The translations under genes and the position numbers were made by a program. A stretch of 64,000 nt of DNA, taken from contig JBHGBC010000002.1 in the NCBI GenBank assembly GCA_041946805.1, positions 1-64,000 of the forward strand. The letters are read 5' to 3'. Positions 56,447 to 64,000 of the stretch are shown one piece after another; position 1 is the first letter of the stretch, and each line of letters starts with the position of its first letter. The notes below the pieces were generated by a model that was given only the letters and a program-made list of their open reading frames with translations, had not been told where the DNA came from and did no database searches. The DNA is from a bacterium. GTDB lineage: Bacteria; Hinthialibacterota; Hinthialibacteria; Hinthialibacterales; Hinthialibacteraceae.

Positions 56447-58303
56447 TCACTTCACCATGGCCGCGGCGGAGGAGAGGCCCGCCGGGGTCCACCAGCCCCG
56501 TACGGCCGGATCGAAGTTGAAAATCCCGCGCGGGCCGGACTGAATCCCGTGGATGCGCTTGTTGACCGCGTACAGGCTCGAACGGTTGCTGATGAACGTG
56601 TAGGGTTGATCGTCGTAAATGATCTTGTGAATCTCCTGGTAGATCTTCTTACGCTTTTCGGGATCGAATTCCTTGCGCCCCTGGAGGAAGAGTTCGTCCA
56701 CGCGGGGATTGGAATACCCGCCGTAGTTGCGTCCGGTGCCGTATTCCTCGGTGCGCCACAAGTTCCAGCCGGTGTCGGGATCGGTGCCGGTGCCCCAACC
56801 GGCCATGTACGCCTGAAACTCGTGCTTGCGGGTCATTTGCTGGAAGGTGGCCCATTCCACGGTGCGGGTTTTCAGATCCACGCCGATGCCGCGCAGGTCT
56901 TCCTGGAAGAAGTTGGAAACCTTGGGCGCGTAAGAAGAGCCTTGGGGCAGCAGCAGGGTGAATTCGAACTTCACTTTTTGGTTCTCGATCGTTTTGTAGC
57001 GCCAGCCGTCCTGCTCGTTCACGATCCAGCCCGCTTCCTCCAGCAATTGGGAGGCCTTGGCGAGATCGTATTTCAGGAGTTGGATTTCCGGATTGTACAT
57101 CCACGAATCCTGGTGATAGATGCCGTGGCACTGCTCACTCAGGTTGTAGAAGACCTTCTCCAGGATGAGGGGGAGGTTGAGGGCGTGGGTCATGGCGCGC
57201 CGGACCTGGAGATCGTTGAAGAAGGGATTGCTGCCGTCCATGTTCCAGCCGATGTAGTAGTACGACCATTCCGGCTTCATCAGCTTATAGCCCACGGCCG
57301 CGAAGCGTTCCGTGTTGGTCTGTTGGGAAAATTGTTCGCCAGTGAGCAAGGCGCAATCCAGGTCGCCCTTTTCGAACGAGAGGAGCTGGGCGTTCTGGTC
57401 GGGGATCAGGCGGCAGACGACGCGTTTGTAGTACGGCATTGGCCCGTGATATTCCTCCCACCGCTCCAGGATGATGCGGTCGTTGGCGATCCAGTCCACG
57501 ATCTGGTAGGGGCCGCAGCCGACGGGCAGGCGGTTGAGTTGCGAGTAATAATCGCCGGTGCGGAGATCGGGGTTGTTGGTCTGGTCTTTTTCATACAGAT
57601 GCTTGGGGATGATGGGGAAGAAGATGTTCCACTTCGACGTGGGGAGCGCTTCCTTGTTCACGTATTGGACGGTGAGGTCGTCGAGGGCCACGCAGTCGAT
57701 GATTTCCGTGGTGCCGGTCTTGACGGCGGGACAGGGAACGCGGTCATCGAGGATGGTTTTCCACGAATAGACGATGTCCTGGGCGGTGACCGGCGCGCCG
57801 TCCTGCCAATGCAGGCCGGATTTGAGTTTGACGGTGAAGGAGAGGTGGTCTTCGGATTCCTGGAACGATTCCACCCAATCGGGATTGATCTTCCAGTCCA
57901 TCTTGCTGTCGAACGTGAAAGGCGAATCGAACAGCAAATCGGCGACGATGAACTCATACATGGAGGACATGAAGATCGGATTGAGGTTCTGGGGGCTGCC
58001 GTCCAGGTTGAGGAAAAGAGTGTCGCCGGCGTTGACCTTGGCCGGGTCGCCGGGCGCGGGCTCGAAGAGGGAAGGGACGTTGACCAGCGGATCCTTCCCG
58101 GGATCATACACCGCCGCCACGGGCTCGGACTCCGGCGGGGTGGGCTGCCCGCATCCCGCCAGCCCCAGGAACAATCCCAGGGCCAAGAACATCCCCCAGG
58201 GCATCAAAGGAATCCAAGCGAGCTGAGGATTGCGTGCTGGATTGAGCCAACCGCCGGCTCCACTCCGGTTTTGATGCGATGAAACATTGAGCCGTTGAGT
58301 CAT
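56447..58303 (-). CDS. Peptide ABC transporter substrate-binding lipoprotein (SBP family 5)
   Basis: LAG-C lipobox, PQNLNP, WQDGAPVTAQD, PVGCGPY, VRRAMTHALN, NYGGYSNPRVD; start uncertain (58303 or later). Confidence 0.93.
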   Translation of the reverse strand: MTQRLNVSSHQNRSGAGGWLNPARNPQLAWIPLMPWGMFLALGLFLGLAGCGQPTPPESEPVAAVYDPGKDPLVNVPSLFEPAPGDPAKVNAGDTLFLNLDGSPQNLNPIFMSSMYEFIVADLLFDSPFTFDSKMDWKINPDWVESFQESEDHLSFTVKLKSGLHWQDGAPVTAQDIVYSWKTILDDRVPCPAVKTGTTEIIDCVALDDLTVQYVNKEALPTSKWNIFFPIIPKHLYEKDQTNNPDLRTGDYYSQLNRLPVGCGPYQIVDWIANDRIILERWEEYHGPMPYYKRVVCRLIPDQNAQLLSFEKGDLDCALLTGEQFSQQTNTERFAAVGYKLMKPEWSYYYIGWNMDGSNPFFNDLQVRRAMTHALNLPLILEKVFYNLSEQCHGIYHQDSWMYNPEIQLLKYDLAKASQLLEEAGWIVNEQDGWRYKTIENQKVKFEFTLLLPQGSSYAPKVSNFFQEDLRGIGVDLKTRTVEWATFQQMTRKHEFQAYMAGWGTGTDPDTGWNLWRTEEYGTGRNYGGYSNPRVDELFLQGRKEFDPEKRKKIYQEIHKIIYDDQPYTFISNRSSLYAVNKRIHGIQSGPRGIFNFDPAVRGWWTPAGLSSAAAMVK

Positions 58304-58587
58304 GGCGTTTCCTTCCCTCATTCACGGTTTTCCGAGATTCGGTCGGATTTGATTCAGGAAATCGTTTCAGCCACCATTGTAGGGGATTCTGGGCAGCCTG
58401 CCAGATCAATGATACAGTCCGGTCCGCCCAAACCCGCGGGGCGCCCGCTGAACCGGTTGGATTCAAGGAACGGAATTCGGAGATATAATGGGTTGCGTGT
58501 TTCCATCCGGATAATCTCATCTCGCGAAATGAGCAACCTGTCAAGCGTGTTTCGATAGTGGCTGTATGGCCGGTGGTCTCTTTATCT

Positions 58588-58620
58588 CCCTCACCCCGGC
58601 CCTCTCCCAGAGGGAGAGGG
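58588..58620 (+). repeat. 33-bp REP-like palindrome
   Basis: ccctcaccccggccctctcccagagggagaggg. Confidence 0.88.
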
Positions 58621-58757
58621 AGTAGAAAAGAGAGAAGGCTGGGGTGAGGAAATCCTTGCCAGATGATTTCCCGGATAGCGCGGAATCCATCACGAACCAT
58701 GTTTGACCCGGACCATGAAACCGGGGAGAATTCAATCATGAAGGAACCCATGAATCC

Positions 58758-60221
58758 ATGAATGCAACCAACGTTCCCGCCAAGAAGACCGTGACCCTGA
58801 TTCCCGGCGACGGTATCGGTCCGGAAGTGATCCAGGCCACGCGCCGGATCGTGGACGCCGCCGGCGCGGGGATCGAGTGGGAGGAATGCGAGGCGGGCGC
58901 GCGGGTGTTCGCCAAGGGAATCGAGACGGGCGTCGCGCCGGAAACCATCGACTCCATTTACCGCACGCGCGTGGCGCTGAAAGGGCCGCTGGAGACCCAG
59001 GTCGGTTCCGGCGGGAAAAGCGCCAACGTGACTCTGCGCAAGATGTTCGAGACGTATGGCAACATCCGCCCGGTGCGCGGCATGCCCAACGTGCCGGCCC
59101 CGTTCGGCGGGGAGGACGTGGATATCGTCGTGGTACGGGAGAACGTCGAGGACCTCTACGCGGCCATCGAGCACATGCAGACGCCCGGTGTGGCCCAGGG
59201 GCTGAAACTGATCACCCGCAAGGGCAGCGAGAAGATCATCCGCCTGGCGTTCGAGTTCGCGCGGGCCGAGGGGCGCCGGCTCGTTCATTGCGCCACCAAG
59301 GCCAACATCATGAAATTGACGGAGGGGCTGTTCAAACGCGTCTTCGAGGACGTGGCGCGCGAATACCCGGACATCGAGGCGCGGCATATCATCGTGGACA
59401 ACTGCGCCCACAAGCTGATCATGCGGCCGCGCGATTTCGACATCATCGTCACCACGAACATGAACGGCGACATCCTCAGCGATCTCTCGTCCGCCCTGGT
59501 GGGCGGGCTGGGATTCGCTCCTTCGGCGAACATCGGCAACGAGGTGGCGCTGTTCGAGGCCGTGCACGGCACCGCGCCGGACATCGCCGGGCAGGACACC
59601 GCCAATCCCACGGCGCTGATCCTCTCGGCGGTGATGATGCTGCGGCATCTTGGCGAGTTCGAGCCGGCGACGCGCATCGAGAACGCCCTGTTTTTCACGT
59701 TGGAGGAAGGCCAGGCGCTGACCCGCGACGTGGCCGGCGCGCGCGGCGTGGGAACGCGGGTGTTCACGGACGCGGTCATCGCCAATCTGGACCGCCAGGC
59801 GAAATCTTGCGTCCGGCGCGAATATCATCCAATCCAGCTGCCTCAGGTCACTCGTGAGCCGGTGCTGGTCAAGGCGTCCCGGCGGGCGGAAACCGGGGTG
59901 GATGTGTTCATCGAATCCGGCCGGGACACGGAAGCCTTGGGGAAAAGCCTCGAACGGTTGTGCGAAGGGACTCCCCTGCGGTTGAAGATGATTTCCAACC
60001 GGGGGACCAAGGTGTATCCTCCCTCGCGCGCGTTGCCGGATTGCGTCGATCAATGGCGCTGCCGCTTCGTCCCGCGCGATGGCTTGGAAATGGACGACGC
60101 CGAGCCGGCCATCCTGGAGCTGCTGCGCCGCCTCCAGGGCCATCACCGCTGGATGCACATCGAAAAGCTGCAGGTGTTCGACGGCGTGCCCGGTTTCACC
60201 AAGGCCCAGGGGGAAGAGTGA
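58758..60221 (+). CDS. icd: Isocitrate dehydrogenase (Thermus/Rickettsia type with C-terminal extension)
   Basis: IPGDGIGPEV, KSANVTLRK, VRENVEDLY, KANIMK, NMNGDILSD, FEAVHGTAPDIAG, LKMISNRG, FTKAQGE. Confidence 0.94.
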   Translation: MNATNVPAKKTVTLIPGDGIGPEVIQATRRIVDAAGAGIEWEECEAGARVFAKGIETGVAPETIDSIYRTRVALKGPLETQVGSGGKSANVTLRKMFETYGNIRPVRGMPNVPAPFGGEDVDIVVVRENVEDLYAAIEHMQTPGVAQGLKLITRKGSEKIIRLAFEFARAEGRRLVHCATKANIMKLTEGLFKRVFEDVAREYPDIEARHIIVDNCAHKLIMRPRDFDIIVTTNMNGDILSDLSSALVGGLGFAPSANIGNEVALFEAVHGTAPDIAGQDTANPTALILSAVMMLRHLGEFEPATRIENALFFTLEEGQALTRDVAGARGVGTRVFTDAVIANLDRQAKSCVRREYHPIQLPQVTREPVLVKASRRAETGVDVFIESGRDTEALGKSLERLCEGTPLRLKMISNRGTKVYPPSRALPDCVDQWRCRFVPRDGLEMDDAEPAILELLRRLQGHHRWMHIEKLQVFDGVPGFTKAQGEE

Positions 60222-60362
60222 GAGCCAAAATTACTTGGCTTGATGGTATCGCGGAAGAATGACGGGTGCGAAGTGGACAGGGGCATGCGGCCGAGTGCAC
60301 CTCTTCAATGAACCCAGGCGATTCGTATCAAATCAGAATGTTAATCCGTGAAGGAAGGTTTC

Positions 60363-60395
60363 CCCTCACCCCGGCCCTCTCCCAAAGGGAGAGGG
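60363..60395 (+). repeat. 33-bp REP-like palindrome
   Basis: ccctcaccccggccctctcccaaagggagaggg. Confidence 0.88.
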
Positions 60396-60626
60396 AGAAG
60401 AATACGGAAGGGTATCGGGGCGGGCAGGCTACTGGTGAGTTTTTGGAATACAGGATTCACCGGAATTCAATAAGGTGATTCAAGCGCCAACGGAGCGCGA
60501 GCGGTTAGCCCAGGTTTTGTTGTATTTGCGTCATGAACGGATACCTGAACGGCGGGATGGCCGTACTAACGCCAACGGCGCTTTTCTCCTAGCCCTGGAA
60601 TACATCCGGGGCCCAGGTAACCAATC

Positions 60627-60659
60627 CCCTCTCCCCCTGGGAGAGGGTCAGGGTGAGGG
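60627..60659 (-). repeat. 33-bp REP-like palindrome (reverse; inverted pair with 60363-60395)
   Basis: ccctctccccctgggagagggtcagggtgaggg. Confidence 0.85.
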
Positions 60660-60728
60660 AAAGCCCGGAAAGGGCAGAATTCATCCTTGCCCTGCAAATG
60701 AGTAATCAGTTACATATAGGAAACGAGT

Positions 60729-63599
60729 ATGGTCTCCCTATCGTTTTTAAGCCTGAATCCCCGTGAATGCGGCTTGTCCGATCCCCTGAGCGAGGATATC
60801 GAATTGCTCGACCGGCTGTTGGGCCGGGTTCTGGAAGAGCAGGGCGGCCGGGAGTTGATCGAGACCGCCCGCCGGCTGTACCACGACGGCCGGACCGGCA
60901 CGTGCACGGACCTGTGGGAGGCGTATCCCGAGCTGCGCGATCCCCAGCGGCTGGGGCCGGTTTTGCGCGCCTACACGGTGCTCTTCCAATTGTTGAACCT
61001 GGCCGAGCAGAAGGAAATCGTGCGCGTCAACCGCCAGCGGCAGGCCGAGGCGCACCGCGCGCCACGGCGGGAATCGATCCTCGACACCATCCTGCAAATG
61101 AAGGAACAGGGCGTCGGCGCCGCCGCCATGCAGGAGTTGTTGCTTCGCCTGGATATCTGCCCCACCCTGACCGCCCATCCCACCGAGGCGCGGCGGCGGG
61201 CGGTGCTGGACAAACTGGACATGATCGCCGGGCTGCTGGCCGAACACGGGTATCCCGATACGCTGGTGCGCCTGGATCAGCCCCTGAACCGCAAACCGCG
61301 CATTGAGGGGGAATTGATTCGCGCCCTCAACGCTCTTTGGCTGACCGAGGAGCTCAGCTGGCGGCCGGTGACCGTTGACGATGAGGTCCACAACGCCGTC
61401 TATTTTTTGGAACACACCATCTTCGACGTGGTGACCTGGCTGCACCGCGATGTGCGCGATTCGCTGGCGCTGGCGTATCCCGGGGTGGAGTTCACGCTGC
61501 CCCCCTTTCTCCGCTACCGCTCCTGGGTCGGCGGAGACCGGGACGGGAATCCCAAGGTGACGCCCGAAGTCACCTGGAACGCGCTCGTGTATCAGCGGAA
61601 AAAAATCCTGACCATCTACATCCGCCGCGTCACCCGCCTGCTGCGCGAACTCACCCAGAGCGCCCGCCTGCTGCCGGCGGACCGCGCCCTGCGGGATTCG
61701 CTCGACCGGGACCGCCAGACCGTCCCGGTTGCGGACCACCTCTTGAAGCGGTACCAGGATGAACCGTACGCCGCCAAGATGCTCTTCATCCGGGCGCGGC
61801 TCATGGCCACCCTGCGCGATTTGAAATCCTTGAAAAATCCCGGCGATCTGGGGGAAGCCGCCAAGCCTCCCGCGGCCGCGTATCCCGGCGCGAACGAGTT
61901 CTTGCGGGATCTGGAGCTGGTTCTTGGCAATTTGCGGCAAAGCCGCGCCCATGTCCTCGCCGGGGGTGGTCCGCTGGCCGACCTGATCGTGCAGGTCCAG
62001 ACCTTCGGCTTCCACCTGGCCGCTCTCGATATCCGCCAGCACAGCGACGAGCAGGAACGCCTGCTGGATGATATCTTCGCCGCCGCCCATTTGATCCCGG
62101 ACGGCAGCTTGTATTCCGGACTGACCGAATTCGAGAAAATCCGGCTTCTCACCCAGGAAATGTTCAATCCCCGGCCGCTTTTGTCGCCGGAATGGCCCCG
62201 GCCGGAACGGGTCCGGCTGGGCCTGGGAATTTTCGAAGTCATGCGGGAGGCCGGACGGCTCTTCTCGCCGGATGTGGTTCCCTCCTACATCATCAGCATG
62301 ACCCATACGATCAGCGATGTGCTGGAAGTCCTGGTGCTGGCCAAGGAAGCCGGGCTGGCCCGGTTCCGTCAGCAAGGGCCCGTGGTCATGTTGGAAAGCG
62401 ATCTCGATATCGTGCCCCTGTTCGAGACCATCGACGACTTGGCGCAATCCGGCCGCCTGATGAGCGAACTCTTCGCCAACGAGGCGTACGCCATGCAATT
62501 GAACGCCCGGAACCGGTTTCAGGAGATCATGCTAGGTTATTCCGACAGCAGCAAGGACGGAGGCTATATGGCGGCCAACTGGAACCTTCAGGACACCCAG
62601 GATCAGTTGGCGCGTGTCTGCCGGGAACACGGCGTCGACTGGCGGTTGTTCCACGGCCGGGGCGGCACGGTGGGGCGGGGCGGGGGCCGCGCGTATCTCG
62701 CCATCCGCGCCCAGGCGCCGGCAAGCCTCAACGGCCGCATCCGCTTCACCGAGCAGGGCGAAGTGATTTCGTTCCGCTACAGTTTCGCGCCCATCGCCCA
62801 CCGCCATCTCGAACAGATCGTGGGCGCGGTGCTGTTCTCGTCCCTGAGCCGCCGCGAAACGGACGAAACGATCACCCAGTGGCGCGAGTCCATGGCCCGC
62901 ATGGCCGAGTATTCCCGCCAAGCCTACCGCGCCCTGGTGTATGACGATCCGGATTTCTGGCCGTTTTACATCCAATCCACCCCGATTTCTTCCATCAGCC
63001 ACCTGCCCATCGCCTCGCGTCCCGTGTCGCGCAAGGGCGGCTCCATGGTGGGGATGGAGGACTTGCGGGCTATTCCCTGGGTCTTCTCGTGGGTCCAGAA
63101 CCGGTATCTCCTGCCCGGCTGGTATGGCCTGGGCAGCGCGCTCGAGTGGTTCGCGGATTTGGCCCCGGATCACCTCGAGCGGATGCGCGGGATGTACCGG
63201 CAATGGCCTTATTTCGCGCTGATCCTCAACAATGCACAACTCGAACTGATCCGGGCCCATCTGCCCACCGCCGCCAGGTACGCCGCGCGCGCGCGCCCCC
63301 GGGAATTGGGCGAACGGATTCACGCGCAAATCCAGGCCGAGTACGAGCGGACCTGTGAATGGATTTTGAAAATCACGGGGCAGGAGGTTCTTCTCTCCCA
63401 CGCCGAGGCCGTCCGCCGCACCGTGCGCCTGCGGAATCCGGCGGTCCTGCCGTTGAACCGCCTGCAGGTCGCACTGCTGGACCGGCTCGATTCCCCAGCG
63501 GACGAGGGAGGGGCAAGCGGGGGGTCCGATCCCGGATTCCGCGAAGCGCTGCTGCTCAGCATCGCCGGCATCGCGGCCGCCATGCAAAGCACCGGATGA
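60729..63599 (+). CDS. ppc: Phosphoenolpyruvate carboxylase
   Basis: LTAHPTE, SWVGGDRDGNP, LDIRQHS, VPLFET, MLGYSDSSKDGG, FHGRGGTVGRGGG, LRAIPWVFSW, MQSTG. Confidence 0.98.
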   Translation: MVSLSFLSLNPRECGLSDPLSEDIELLDRLLGRVLEEQGGRELIETARRLYHDGRTGTCTDLWEAYPELRDPQRLGPVLRAYTVLFQLLNLAEQKEIVRVNRQRQAEAHRAPRRESILDTILQMKEQGVGAAAMQELLLRLDICPTLTAHPTEARRRAVLDKLDMIAGLLAEHGYPDTLVRLDQPLNRKPRIEGELIRALNALWLTEELSWRPVTVDDEVHNAVYFLEHTIFDVVTWLHRDVRDSLALAYPGVEFTLPPFLRYRSWVGGDRDGNPKVTPEVTWNALVYQRKKILTIYIRRVTRLLRELTQSARLLPADRALRDSLDRDRQTVPVADHLLKRYQDEPYAAKMLFIRARLMATLRDLKSLKNPGDLGEAAKPPAAAYPGANEFLRDLELVLGNLRQSRAHVLAGGGPLADLIVQVQTFGFHLAALDIRQHSDEQERLLDDIFAAAHLIPDGSLYSGLTEFEKIRLLTQEMFNPRPLLSPEWPRPERVRLGLGIFEVMREAGRLFSPDVVPSYIISMTHTISDVLEVLVLAKEAGLARFRQQGPVVMLESDLDIVPLFETIDDLAQSGRLMSELFANEAYAMQLNARNRFQEIMLGYSDSSKDGGYMAANWNLQDTQDQLARVCREHGVDWRLFHGRGGTVGRGGGRAYLAIRAQAPASLNGRIRFTEQGEVISFRYSFAPIAHRHLEQIVGAVLFSSLSRRETDETITQWRESMARMAEYSRQAYRALVYDDPDFWPFYIQSTPISSISHLPIASRPVSRKGGSMVGMEDLRAIPWVFSWVQNRYLLPGWYGLGSALEWFADLAPDHLERMRGMYRQWPYFALILNNAQLELIRAHLPTAARYAARARPRELGERIHAQIQAEYERTCEWILKITGQEVLLSHAEAVRRTVRLRNPAVLPLNRLQVALLDRLDSPADEGGASGGSDPGFREALLLSIAGIAAAMQSTG

Positions 63600-63614
63600 G
63601 CCGCCGGGGCGCGC

Positions 63615-64000
63615 TCATTTCACGGGCTGAATGGTGATTTTCGAGAGGAACAAGCCGAGGATATCCTGGGTGAAGGGGCGGGCGCCGTCGGTGCTGAAGG
63701 CCACGAAAACGCGGTCCGGGGCGCGGCTGGGCCAGAGCGCCGTGTACCCGCCGCCGTACGACCGGTCCGGGGCGAGGTCAATCATGTCCGACCAGGTCCG
63801 GCCTTGATCGGGCGACACGCACAAGGCCGGTTTCCAGGATTTCATGTTGCGCCCCACGCAGATCATCGTCTCCCCCACGGAGCCCAATACCGGATGGCGC
63901 AGGGTAAGGTCCTGAAAGTAGATGACCGGCCCCCATGTGCGCCCGTCATCGGCGCTGATCCGCCCGAAACACCGCACCACCTTGTTCAGATGCCCGATCA
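63615..64000 (-). CDS. Sialidase/BNR-repeat protein, 5' part outside the window
   Basis: Two Asp-boxes, SADDGRTW and SPDQGRTW, plus GGYTAL; the frame stays open to the window edge. Confidence 0.75.
   Translation of the reverse strand, partial: IGHLNKVVRCFGRISADDGRTWGPVIYFQDLTLRHPVLGSVGETMICVGRNMKSWKPALCVSPDQGRTWSDMIDLAPDRSYGGGYTALWPSRAPDRVFVAFSTDGARPFTQDILGLFLSKITIQPVK

Overview
A 64-kb window of GC-rich bacterial chromosome, mostly core genes. It holds sppA (partial), a WecA/MraY-type transferase, PBP1A, a short sigma-70 factor, GH127, birA-rarA, a TetR-RND efflux operon, a DAACS symporter, nagA, purL/purQ, mreBCD-mrdA-rodA, smc, an opp-type ABC cluster, icd and ppc. I found no rRNA, tRNA, CRISPR array, transposase or integrase. 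The pilin-like protein and a C-terminal ...V-x-D-W-M-L-x motif recall Ca. Hinthialibacterota (OLB16)/Sumerlaeota, but that placement is inference from memory. Main leads: (1) a MITE-like family with 22-bp imperfect terminal inverted repeats, 4 copies, two with near-perfect 8-bp target duplications, carrying REP hairpins as cargo; (2) about 15 copies of a 33-bp REP-like palindrome plus mosaics of other palindrome families; (3) a full-length archaeal-type Hel308/Ski2 helicase fused to an OmpR/PhoB-type winged helix; (4) an AT-rich cassette of three coupled lipoproteins, one BamE/SmpA-like and two paralogues; (5) a secreted tandem-domain protein with a candidate C-terminal sorting motif next to an orphan pseudopilin; (6) an orphan TraL/MobD-like ATPase; (7) tandem NrdR-like boxes and a perfect DnaA box upstream of smc. 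Family assignments come from motifs recognised by eye; no searches were run.
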